In this document: piece after piece, positions 18,939 to 28,005 of the stretch
How positions within the stretch are numbered: the first letter of the stretch is position 1
How the letters are laid out: the number at the start of each line of letters is the position of its first letter
DNA from: Terracidiphilus sp.
GTDB lineage: Bacteria; Acidobacteriota; Terriglobia; Terriglobales; Acidobacteriaceae
Direction of reading: 5' to 3'
NCBI GenBank assembly: GCA_035504315.1
Contig: DATJSB010000280.1
Span: 2,857-66,856 of the forward strand
DNA length: 64,000 nucleotides
Translations under genes and position numbers: made by a program
Notes under the pieces: generated by a model
Seen by the model: the letters and a program-made list of their open reading frames with translations, nothing else
Told to the model about the DNA's origin: nothing
The model's database searches: none

Positions 18939-21900
18939 TTGACCTGGTTGCGCGTTTTCAGAATCTCGAAGCTCTGCGCGCTGGCGCTCCTCTCAGCCGC
19001 GAGTGTCTTTGCGCGAGAGTTTCACGGTGCAATCACCTTCGCCGGCCTTCCGCTTCCCGGCGCAACCATCACGGCCACGCACGACGGCAAAAAGTTCACC
19101 ACGGTCACCGATCAGAGCGGGCTCTTCCACTTCGACGACCTTCCGGACGGCGTGTGGACCATCCAGATTGACATGCAGTGCTTTGAGCCCATCCGCGCGC
19201 AGGTGACGGTGAGCGCGAATGCGCCGGCCGGCAACTACGAGATGAAGCTCCTGCCGGCCGATCAACTGATGGCGCGAACCAAGGTAGTGCAGAATCCCAT
19301 TCTTGCCGCGCCGGCGCTGGCTAAGCGCCCGGAAGAGAAAAAGCCTGAGCAGGAAGCCAACAATCCTCCCCCCGAGATGCCCAAGCCGCCTGAGAACGGC
19401 GACGAGCAGAGTGCCGACGGTTACCTCGTCAACGGCAGCGTAAACAATTCGGCCACATCGCGCTACTCCACCAATCCCGCATTCGGCAATACGCGTTCTG
19501 GACTGCGCGGACTTTACACGGGCGGAATCTCGGTGAACATTGCAAACTCTGCTCTCGACGCGAGACCATACTCCATCAGCGGAGTTGAGGCGCCAAAAAG
19601 CGCATACGACCTGATTACCGACACCGCATATATTGGCGGGCCGATCAGAATTCCGCACCTGCTGCCGCGCGGGCCGAACTTCTTTGTCAACTACACGTGG
19701 ACGAGAGACAACAATGCCGCCATGGTCACCGGGCTGGTACCCACGCTCGACGAGCGCAGCGGGAATCTCGCGGGACTGCTCAACGCACTCGGTCAGCCCG
19801 TCACCATCTACAATCCAGCGACCGGTCAGCCGTATCAGGGCAACCAGGTTCCGGTGAGCCAGCAAGCGGCCGCGCTGCTTGCGCTTTATCCCATGCCGAA
19901 CCCCAACATTCCCACGACCTCGGGGTACAACTACCAGGCGCCGGTGTTAAACGGCACCCACTCCGACGCAATGAATTCGCGGCTCGACAAGCAACTCGGC
20001 CGGCGCGATGGCTTGTACGGCGGCTTGAATTTCACAAGCACGCGTTCTGATTCGGTGAGCCTCTTTGATTTTGTCGACGATACCGGCACGCTGGGGCTGA
20101 CCGGTTACGTGCACTGGATGCACCGTTTCGGCGGGCATTATTTTGTGAACACAGGCTACAACTTCAGCCGCTACCGCACTGAGACAACGCCGTTCTTTGC
20201 CAACCGCATCGACGTTTCGGGGCCCGGCGACGCGAACATTACCGGCAACGACCAGACACCTGCAAACTGGGGTCCGCCGAGCCTGAGCTTTTCGAGCGGC
20301 ATGGCGGGGCTCTCCGACGGCAACAGCGCATTCAATCGCAATGAGACGAACAGCGGCTCGCTCAATGTGGGCATCTACGAGCGCCGCCACAACATCTCGA
20401 CGGGCGGAGACTTTCGGCGCCAGGAGTACAACGACTTCTTCCAGCAGAATCCACGCGGCTCTCTTTCATTTACCGGCGCCGCGACCGCAAATGCAGCCGA
20501 AAGCGCTACCACCGGATCAGATTTCGCCGATTTTCTCATCGGAATTCCCGACACCAGTTCCATCGCATTCGGCAATGCCGACAAATACTTCCGCGAGCCG
20601 GTCTACGATGTTTTTTTTACCGACGACTGGCGCGTGCTGCCCATTCTCACCATCAACGCGGGCGTGCGCTGGGAGTACAGTGCGCCGATGACCGAACTCT
20701 TTGGCCGGCTGGTGAATCTCGATATCAATTCATCTTTTACCGCTGCCGCTCCGGTGCTTGGCTCCGATCCTGTCGGCCCGGTGACGGGCGTGCATTATCC
20801 ATCGTCGTTGATTCGCCCTGACCGCGCGGGCATCCAGCCACGCATCGGAATCTCGTGGCGGCCCATAGCCGCGTCGACCGTGGTCATTCGCGCCGGCTAC
20901 GGCGTCTATCGCGACAGCTCGGTGTATCAGAGCATCGTCAACCAGATGGCCCAGCAGGCTTCCTTGCCAAATACCACCAGTTTCAGCATTCAGAACAACC
21001 CCGCTTCCTGCCCGCTCACGCTGAGCAAGTTTTCCGTTCCGGCCTCCACTTGCGTGGCGGGAACGCTGGATACCTTTGCCATCGATCCCGACTATCGCAT
21101 CGGTTACGCGCAGGTGTGGCAGCTTACCGTTCAGCGTGACCTGCCTTTTGCGCTGCAGATGGTGGCGACTTACATGGGAACGAAGGGCACGCATGGCGCG
21201 CAGCAGATGGTGCCCAACACTTATCCCATCGGCGCAACCGATACCTGCCCCGATTGCCCCAGCGATTTCACTTATCGCTTGTCGGGCGGCAACTCCACGC
21301 GCCAGTCGGGCCAACTTCAATTGCGCCGCCGGCTCAAGAATGGATTTACGGCCACGCTGAATTACACCTGGTCCAAATCCATCGACGACGATGCCATTCT
21401 CGGCGGGCAGGGTTATACGAGTTCCAACGTGCAGGGGCCGAGCGGATCGGCGGCGATTGCGCAGAACTGGCTCGATCTGCGCGGCGAACGGGGGCTCTCG
21501 ACATTCGATCAGCGGCAGCTCGTCAACCTGACTGCGCAGTACACCAGCGGCGAAGGCCTCGGCGGCGGCACGCTCATGAGCGGCTGGCGCGGCCGCCTGC
21601 TGAAAGAGTGGACGCTGCTCGGCACCATGAGCGAAGGCACCGGTTTTCCTGAAACGCCGATCTATGCGATTGCCGTGCCCGGCACCGGGTATACCGGCGT
21701 CATCCGTCCCAGCCTGACCGGCGCCGCGATATATACATCGGGCCCGTCGCACGTGAGCGCGGCAGCCTACACGGCCCCTGCGCCGGGGCAGTGGGGAACT
21801 GCCGGCCGCGACTCCATCACCGGGCCCAACCAGTTCACGCTCAACAGCTCGCTGGCGCGCACTTTCAGGCCGCATGGCAAGATCTATGTCGATCTCACTG

Positions 21901-22052
21901 TCAGCGCCGATAATGTGCTCAACCATCCCGAATACACCGCGTGGAATACTTCATGGAATGACGCCAGCCTGGCCAATGCCGAGCTCTTCGGCCGGCCCAC
22001 TTCGGCCAACGGAATGCGCACGGTGAGTACCCTGTTGCGGGTGAGGTTTTAG
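18939..22052 (+). CDS. Oar/TonB-dependent-receptor-like outer-membrane barrel with N-terminal carboxypeptidase-regulatory-like domain
   Basis: Signal peptide; PLPGATIT...TVTDQSGLFHFDDLPDGVW domain; DDWRV..LTINAGVRWEY, PRIGISW, VIRAGYGVY, NYTWSKSID; terminal LRVRF. Confidence 0.85.
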   Translation: MTWLRVFRISKLCALALLSAASVFAREFHGAITFAGLPLPGATITATHDGKKFTTVTDQSGLFHFDDLPDGVWTIQIDMQCFEPIRAQVTVSANAPAGNYEMKLLPADQLMARTKVVQNPILAAPALAKRPEEKKPEQEANNPPPEMPKPPENGDEQSADGYLVNGSVNNSATSRYSTNPAFGNTRSGLRGLYTGGISVNIANSALDARPYSISGVEAPKSAYDLITDTAYIGGPIRIPHLLPRGPNFFVNYTWTRDNNAAMVTGLVPTLDERSGNLAGLLNALGQPVTIYNPATGQPYQGNQVPVSQQAAALLALYPMPNPNIPTTSGYNYQAPVLNGTHSDAMNSRLDKQLGRRDGLYGGLNFTSTRSDSVSLFDFVDDTGTLGLTGYVHWMHRFGGHYFVNTGYNFSRYRTETTPFFANRIDVSGPGDANITGNDQTPANWGPPSLSFSSGMAGLSDGNSAFNRNETNSGSLNVGIYERRHNISTGGDFRRQEYNDFFQQNPRGSLSFTGAATANAAESATTGSDFADFLIGIPDTSSIAFGNADKYFREPVYDVFFTDDWRVLPILTINAGVRWEYSAPMTELFGRLVNLDINSSFTAAAPVLGSDPVGPVTGVHYPSSLIRPDRAGIQPRIGISWRPIAASTVVIRAGYGVYRDSSVYQSIVNQMAQQASLPNTTSFSIQNNPASCPLTLSKFSVPASTCVAGTLDTFAIDPDYRIGYAQVWQLTVQRDLPFALQMVATYMGTKGTHGAQQMVPNTYPIGATDTCPDCPSDFTYRLSGGNSTRQSGQLQLRRRLKNGFTATLNYTWSKSIDDDAILGGQGYTSSNVQGPSGSAAIAQNWLDLRGERGLSTFDQRQLVNLTAQYTSGEGLGGGTLMSGWRGRLLKEWTLLGTMSEGTGFPETPIYAIAVPGTGYTGVIRPSLTGAAIYTSGPSHVSAAAYTAPAPGQWGTAGRDSITGPNQFTLNSSLARTFRPHGKIYVDLTVSADNVLNHPEYTAWNTSWNDASLANAELFGRPTSANGMRTVSTLLRVRF

Positions 22053-22054
22053 TC

Positions 22055-24175
22055 ATGAGAAGCTTCCCTCTCATTCCGCTTCTTTGCGCCGCATGCGCCT
22101 TTGCGCCCGCGCAGCAGGTCGGCCAGAACAAAGCTGCCGGCGCCGAACAGGGCCCCGTGTTCAAGGTTGAATCGCAACTTGTCGTCGAGGCGGTCACGGT
22201 CAAAGACAAACAAGGCCACTTCATTCCCGGCCTCACGGCCAAGGACTTTGTGATCACCGAAGACGGCGTGCCGCAGGAGGTGCGCTACTGCGAACACGAG
22301 GATCTGACCTCGGACGCAAAGCTGCTGCCGGCATCGACCCGCGCTACCGAAGACGTGCACATCTACGATCGGCTGGCCCGCACCCAGATCGCGCCTGAGG
22401 CGATGGGCGATCAGAAATACAAGAACCGCCGGCTGATTGCGCTTTACTTCGACATGGTCGGAATGTTTCCGCCCGACCAGATGCGCGCGCTCAATGCCGC
22501 CGAGCAGTTTGTGCGCACGCAGTTGACGGCCGTCGACCGGGTGGCCATTCTTCGCTACCAGGGCGGAGGAGTCGACATCCTGCAGGACTTTACCTCTGAT
22601 CGCAACCGGCTGCTGAGCATCCTTGAAACAATGGCCGTGGGCGAAGGGCAGGGATTCGCCGACACCACCGACGACGCGAGCAGCTCTGACACCGGCGCAG
22701 CCTTCGGGCAGGACGACAGCGAGTTCAATGTCTTCAACACCGACCGCCAGCTCTCCGCACTCCAAACCGCGGCGCACATGCTGGGCCGCGTGAATGAGAA
22801 GAAGTCACTCATCTATTTCGCCGGCGGCATGCAGCTCAACGGCATCGACAACCAGGCGCAGCTGCACGCAACGGTCGACGAGGCCATTCGCTCGGGCGTC
22901 ACTTTCTGGACCATCGATGCGCGCGGCCTGGTGGCCGGGGCGCCGCTGGGCGACGCCACCGTGGGCTCGCAGGGTAACCAGGGCATGTACACCGGCGCTG
23001 CCGCGCAGGCCGTCAGAGACGACTTTCACCAGTCGCAGGACATGCTCTTCGCTTTAGCCGGCGACACCGGAGGCAAGGCGTACCTCGACAACAACGACCT
23101 CGATCGCGGTATCGTGCAGGCGCAGGACTCGGTCTCGGATTACTACGTTCTCGGCTACTACTCCACAAACACGGTCAAGAACGGCCGCTTCCGCCGCATC
23201 AAGATCACGCTGGCTTCGAATGCCAGCGCCGATATGAATTATCGCCAGGGCTACTACGCGGACAAGGACTTCGCCAGGTTCACGGCGGTCGATAAGGAGC
23301 GCCAGCTTGAAGACGCGCTCATGCTCGAAGATCCCATCACCGATCTCACCATCGCCATGGAGATCGACTACTTCCAGCTCAACAGAGCGGAGTATTTCGT
23401 GCCCATTATCGTGAAGATTCCGGGACGCGAGCTGGCCTTGGCCAAGAAGGGGGGCTACGAGCACACGCTGATCGATTTCGTGGGCGAGATCAAGGACGTG
23501 GTCGGCGGCACGACGGTTTCAAATGTGCGCGACGACGTCAACATCAAGCTCAGCGATGCTACCGCTGCAGAACTGGCGCACCGGCCCATCGAGTACGACA
23601 CGGGATTCACGCTTCTGCCCGGCCGCTACGAGATAAAGTTCCTGGCGCGCGACGACGAGACCGGCCGCATCGGCACCTATCAGACCACTTTTACCATTCC
23701 GAATCTCAACAAAGAAGAGAAGCGCGTGCCCATCAGCGCCGTGGTACTGGGCAGTCAGCGCGTCGAGCTCAACCAGGCCGTCTATGACGCGGCCAAGGCC
23801 AAAGAGCGCATGAAAGACGATGCGGTGAATCCGCTGGTTGAAGACGGCAAGAAATTGATTCCCAGCGTTACCCGCGTCTTCTCGACTACGCGCGATATCT
23901 ACGTATATTTCCAGGCCTACAAGCAGACGCCGTCGGCGGGCAATCCGCCGCTGTTTGCGTTTGTGAGCCTATACCAAGGCGACACCAAGGTGTTTGAAAC
24001 CGCGCCGACGGCGATTGCGCCATCGGCGGTGAGCCGGCTGGGCACCATGCCGCTCAGCTTCAACCTGGGCGTGAAGGGCCTCGCGCCCGGGCCGTATGAA
24101 TGCCAGGTCACCATCCTCGACCCGGCTACGCAGAAGGCCAACTACTGGCGCGCGCCGATCGTGCTGGTGCAGTGA
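22055..24175 (+). CDS. Acidobacterial VWA-domain protein (TIGR03436-like)
   Basis: Signal peptide; FKVESQLVVEAVTVKDKQGHFIPGLTAKDFVITEDG, IDARGL, LAGDTGG, YYVLGYYSTN...GRFRRIKI, YRQGYY. Confidence 0.88.
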   Translation: MRSFPLIPLLCAACAFAPAQQVGQNKAAGAEQGPVFKVESQLVVEAVTVKDKQGHFIPGLTAKDFVITEDGVPQEVRYCEHEDLTSDAKLLPASTRATEDVHIYDRLARTQIAPEAMGDQKYKNRRLIALYFDMVGMFPPDQMRALNAAEQFVRTQLTAVDRVAILRYQGGGVDILQDFTSDRNRLLSILETMAVGEGQGFADTTDDASSSDTGAAFGQDDSEFNVFNTDRQLSALQTAAHMLGRVNEKKSLIYFAGGMQLNGIDNQAQLHATVDEAIRSGVTFWTIDARGLVAGAPLGDATVGSQGNQGMYTGAAAQAVRDDFHQSQDMLFALAGDTGGKAYLDNNDLDRGIVQAQDSVSDYYVLGYYSTNTVKNGRFRRIKITLASNASADMNYRQGYYADKDFARFTAVDKERQLEDALMLEDPITDLTIAMEIDYFQLNRAEYFVPIIVKIPGRELALAKKGGYEHTLIDFVGEIKDVVGGTTVSNVRDDVNIKLSDATAAELAHRPIEYDTGFTLLPGRYEIKFLARDDETGRIGTYQTTFTIPNLNKEEKRVPISAVVLGSQRVELNQAVYDAAKAKERMKDDAVNPLVEDGKKLIPSVTRVFSTTRDIYVYFQAYKQTPSAGNPPLFAFVSLYQGDTKVFETAPTAIAPSAVSRLGTMPLSFNLGVKGLAPGPYECQVTILDPATQKANYWRAPIVLVQ

Positions 24176-24192
24176 GCCCGTGACTCCCCCCG

Positions 24193-24210
24193 GGGTGTTC
24201 GATTTCGGAC
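24193..24210. promoter_or_regulatory. Second copy of the putative sigma-54 activator UAS
   Basis: GGGTGTTCGATTTCGGAC, identical to 14127-14144. Confidence 0.6.
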
Positions 24211-24280
24211 GGGGCGGGCTGACTTTGGACACATCACCTTCCAATTGGCACCGCAACTTCTTTGTTTTGATGTCTGCGGT

Positions 24281-24297
24281 TTGGTAATCCGCTTGCG
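24281..24297 (+). promoter_or_regulatory. Putative sigma-54 promoter of the isolated ADOP permease
   Basis: TTGGTAATCCGCTTGCG: GG-N10-GC with TTGC at -12. Confidence 0.65.
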
Positions 24298-24350
24298 AAA
24301 GGTAATACGGGACACGCCCGCACCAACTGTCGTGTAGAGGAGAAATAAGG

Positions 24351-26786
24351 ATGGTCAGGGATCTTCGGCTCGCGCTGCGACAGTTGCGAAAGTCCCCGGG
24401 GTTTACGATCACCGCAATCGTCACGCTCGCCCTGGGCATTGGTGCGAATTCGATTGTGTTCAGCGTGCTGAACGCGCTGGTTCTGCATCCGCTGAACGTG
24501 CCCCAGGCGCAGAGCCTGTACATGGTGCAACGGGTGTGGCCGGGCGTGGGGCCGGCGCCGTCGCAATCGTATCCTGACTACCTGGACATGCGCGACCGGA
24601 ACCACTCCTTTGTGTCGCTGGCAGCTTACGACATTGTCGGCGCGGTAGGCGTGAACACTGGCGCGGCGACTCCGTCAGCGGCCTGGCCGTATGCGGTGAG
24701 CGGAGATTATTTCGAGACGCTCGGAGTCCAACCGTACCTGGGACGTTTTTTTGGCGCGGCCGACGAGCACGGCGACAACAGCGTGCCGTACATCGTGCTG
24801 ACCTACGCGTACTGGAAGAGCCACTTCGACGGCGATCCGCAGACGGTGGGACGCACGGTACAGGTGAACGGTCATGCTTACACAATTCTGGGCGTGGCGC
24901 CGCCGGGATTTCGCGGGACGGAGCTGTTTTTCTCTCCGGCGTTTTTTGTGCCGATCGTCGACGTGCCGCAGATCGACGCGGGCTGGAATCCTCTGCACGA
25001 TCGAGCGACAAATTTCGTGTGGATAGTGGGGCATTTGAAGCGCGGCGTGACGTCGGAAGAGGCGACTGCGGATCTGAACACGATGGCGGCGTCGCTGGCG
25101 AAGGAATATCCGAAGGACGACTCGGGACTGAATCTCGACCTGGCGCAGCCGGGGCTGGTGGGCGATACGCTGGGACGGCCGGCGCGGGCGTTCATGCTGG
25201 GACTGACGCTTCTGGCGGGGCTGATCCTGCTGGCCGGCTGTGCGAACCTGGGCAGCCTGTTTGCAGCGCGGGCGGCAGACCGCTCGCGCGAGATCGCGAT
25301 GCGCATGGCGTTGGGGGCGCGGCGAAGGCTGGTGGCGCGACAGCTGCTGACCGAAGCGGTGCTGATTGCGCTGGTCGGAGGGGCGGTGGGACTGCTGGGG
25401 AGCGTGGCGATTCTGCGCTGGCTGAGCGCCTGGAATCCGATACCGATTATCCCGATCAACGTGCCTGTGAATCCGGATGCGAGCACCTACGCAGTGGCGC
25501 TGGGGCTGGCGCTGGCGTGCGGATTACTGTTCGGGATGGTTCCCGTGCGGCAGGTGCTGCGTGCAGATCCATGGCAGATTATCAGGAGCGGCGTGCCGGG
25601 CGAAGGGATGAGGCGGTTCGCGCTGCGGGATCTGCTGCTGGTGGGACAGATTGCGATTTGCGCGGTGCTGGTAACCTCTTCGCTGGTGGCCGTGGAGGGA
25701 CTGATACGTTCGCTCAACAGCGATTTTGGATTTCAGCCGCGGGGCGCGATGCTGGCGGGGGCGTCACTGGGCATGGTCGGCATAACCGGCGATCAGCAGC
25801 TGACGATGGAGCGAAAGATGCTGACCGCGGTGGCGGAAATTCCCGGAGTGACGGCGGTTGGCTATGCGGATCGGCTGCCGTTGAGCGCGGGAGGGAACGA
25901 TGCCTGCGTGTTTTACGACAGTGATGCTGATTATCGGCCGTCGAATTGCCGTGCCTACGCGCAGCAGTTCGACGTATCGCAGGATTATTTCAGGGCAGCC
26001 GGGACGCCGATGCTGGCAGGGCGCACGTTCACGCTGCAGGACACCAAGGGCGCCCCGCTGGTGGCGGTGGTGAATCGCGAGTTCGCACGGAAGATGTTCG
26101 GGTCGGTGGAGAAGGCGATCGGCAGCGACTACAAGGCCTTCGGCGGCACGCGCGTACAGGTGGTAGGCGTGGTGGAGAACGGCAAATACGAGCGATTGAC
26201 TGAAGACCAGCAGCCGGCGATGTTTTATTCGTTCCTGCAAAGGCCGGCGGGAACCGTGTGGCTGGTGGTGCGCTCCATGCGCGATTCTGAGGAAACCGCG
26301 GCGGCGATGCGGGAGACTCTTCGCAGTCTGGATGCGGGATTGCCGGTGCGGGTTGAAACCTGGGACGTCGAGTTGAGCTGGGCACTGTTTCCGGCACGCG
26401 TGGCCACAGTGGCATTGGGTGTGCTGGGGTTGCTGGGCGCGATGCTGGCGGTGACGGGGATCTTTGGCATGGCGTCGTATGTGGTCAGCAAGCGGCTGCG
26501 CGAGCTGGGGATTCGCGTGGCGCTGGGCGCGGGGCGGCGCGAGATTCTGCGCACGGCGTTGGGGCGGGCGCTTCGATTGCTGGCCATCGGATCAGCCGCT
26601 GGCCTGGTGCTGGGAGTTCTGGGGACACGCGTGTTATCGCATATCGTTTACCAGGCCACGCCGAAAGATCCGCTGGTGCTGGGCGGCGTAACCATCACCA
26701 TGCTGGTTCTCGGCCTGATGGCGGCATGGATTCCGGCGCGCCGCGCCCTTGCGGTGGACCCACTGATCCTTTTGCGCGAAGAGTGA
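24351..26786 (+). CDS. ADOP-family duplicated ABC permease
   Basis: 811 aa; RDLRLALRQLRKSPGF, GCANLGSLFAAR, EIAMRMALGA, VDPLILLREE. Confidence 0.93.
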   Translation: MVRDLRLALRQLRKSPGFTITAIVTLALGIGANSIVFSVLNALVLHPLNVPQAQSLYMVQRVWPGVGPAPSQSYPDYLDMRDRNHSFVSLAAYDIVGAVGVNTGAATPSAAWPYAVSGDYFETLGVQPYLGRFFGAADEHGDNSVPYIVLTYAYWKSHFDGDPQTVGRTVQVNGHAYTILGVAPPGFRGTELFFSPAFFVPIVDVPQIDAGWNPLHDRATNFVWIVGHLKRGVTSEEATADLNTMAASLAKEYPKDDSGLNLDLAQPGLVGDTLGRPARAFMLGLTLLAGLILLAGCANLGSLFAARAADRSREIAMRMALGARRRLVARQLLTEAVLIALVGGAVGLLGSVAILRWLSAWNPIPIIPINVPVNPDASTYAVALGLALACGLLFGMVPVRQVLRADPWQIIRSGVPGEGMRRFALRDLLLVGQIAICAVLVTSSLVAVEGLIRSLNSDFGFQPRGAMLAGASLGMVGITGDQQLTMERKMLTAVAEIPGVTAVGYADRLPLSAGGNDACVFYDSDADYRPSNCRAYAQQFDVSQDYFRAAGTPMLAGRTFTLQDTKGAPLVAVVNREFARKMFGSVEKAIGSDYKAFGGTRVQVVGVVENGKYERLTEDQQPAMFYSFLQRPAGTVWLVVRSMRDSEETAAAMRETLRSLDAGLPVRVETWDVELSWALFPARVATVALGVLGLLGAMLAVTGIFGMASYVVSKRLRELGIRVALGAGRREILRTALGRALRLLAIGSAAGLVLGVLGTRVLSHIVYQATPKDPLVLGGVTITMLVLGLMAAWIPARRALAVDPLILLREE

Positions 26787-26919
26787 GCTGAAGCAGACCA
26801 TTCGCCGAGGGTGTTGACTGTCGACGAGTGCGGATCACTCCCGATCTCACTGAGCGAAGCTTTTGCCGACATTTCTCAAACAGTGCGTGTAGATTATGAA
26901 TTCAGCTATCGGAGTGGCG

Positions 26920-26971
26920 CCTGCGGGCCGGGAGGCCCGCAGGGACAGCCGGTCAGGAGACCGGCGCTACA
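26920..26971. repeat. REP-like palindromic doublet (GTAG/CTAC type) between convergent genes
   Basis: Hairpins CCTGCGGGCC-GGGA-GGCCCGCAGG and GCCGGTC-AGGA-GACCGGC followed by GCTACA. Confidence 0.6.
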
Positions 26972-27032
26972 ACCTTCGGCTGCCTGTGAGAAATGCGGGT
27001 AAGGTGTGAGCGTTTTCACCTGTTGATGTGAG

Positions 27033-27752
27033 CTAGAAGGCGTAGAAGACGCCGCCCATGGGCATTCGTGTCTGCGTGTAAACGCCCTGTGCCGGATACA
27101 AGTCGGAGAGGTTTGGCACATGATAGATCAGGGCGCGATATTGCACTCTGAAACCCAGGTGATGCGAGATGGCCAAGTCGAGGCCGCCCCCGTAGATCCA
27201 GGAGGGGCGGACAACGTCGTTTTCAGGATAGCGGTTGGTGGGGACGGGGGTTTGGCCCACCGTGACGCTGTAGGCGGGCTGGTCAATGAAGAAGCCCAGG
27301 CCGCCAACGGCGAAGGGACGCAGCGCGCCGAATTTTTTTGAGATGACCCAATCGAGTCCGACGGTGCTGCCCTTAGACGGAATCCTCTGGGGCGGAGTAT
27401 TACAGATGCTACCGCAGGCAGGAGCAGGCGCCGGAACGACAGTTTGGTCGGCGGGATTATAGGAATAACTGAACTCGTAGCCGATGAACGGGCTATGGAT
27501 GTGGCGAAGCTCAAACATTCCACCGCCGGAATTGGTAGGCGTCTGGGTTACTCCCATCGCTGTGGTGGTGCTGTTCATGGCCTCATAAAAACTGAAACCC
27601 ATATCGGTCTCGCTAACGGAATTGGACGCAGGCTGCGCCTTGCTTTGCGCAGGAGCCTGGGACGTGCTGGCCTGCCCACGAGCCAGTGCGCCCGCAGCGC
27701 ACAAGGCAACGACGGCAACGAGAGAAAGAATCGATGAATAAGCCCTCTTCAC
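27033..27752 (-). CDS. Outer-membrane beta-barrel protein (OmpA/OmpW-like small barrel)
   Basis: Signal peptide from a GTG start (ORF extends to 27791); alternating strands LRPFAVGGLGF, YGGGLDLAISHHLGFRVQYR; terminal VFYAF. Confidence 0.8.
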   Translation of the reverse strand: MKRAYSSILSLVAVVALCAAGALARGQASTSQAPAQSKAQPASNSVSETDMGFSFYEAMNSTTTAMGVTQTPTNSGGGMFELRHIHSPFIGYEFSYSYNPADQTVVPAPAPACGSICNTPPQRIPSKGSTVGLDWVISKKFGALRPFAVGGLGFFIDQPAYSVTVGQTPVPTNRYPENDVVRPSWIYGGGLDLAISHHLGFRVQYRALIYHVPNLSDLYPAQGVYTQTRMPMGGVFYAF

Positions 27753-27944
27753 TTCTGCTTGTTCTCCTTGGTTCACATCTCCTTTGTACACATCTTTCAG
27801 GAGAAGTCCCAGAATACTATTATGGACTCCGAAATCTGGATGAGGAGATCAGTGGGCAGGTTAAGATTCCAGCGGCGTGGTAGCCCGAGGCGGGGTGATG
27901 GCGATGCGGGAGCAATGAATGCACACTGATCGCACGTTCAGCAC

Positions 27945-27972
27945 AAAAGCCCGGACTCAAGTGAGTCCGGGC
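27945..27972 (-). terminator. Rho-independent terminator after the S53 protease gene
   Basis: Perfect stem GCCCGGACTC-N4-GAGTCCGGGC followed by TTTT on the minus strand. Confidence 0.75.
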
Positions 27973-28005
27973 CCTTGGTTGGTGCGGAGTGCGCGGGTTG
28001 AGGGC

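Noticed and set aside
24246-24260. TGGCAC as a sigma-54 -24 element
   Set aside because: No GC at the -12 position; the correctly spaced site is at 24281-24297.
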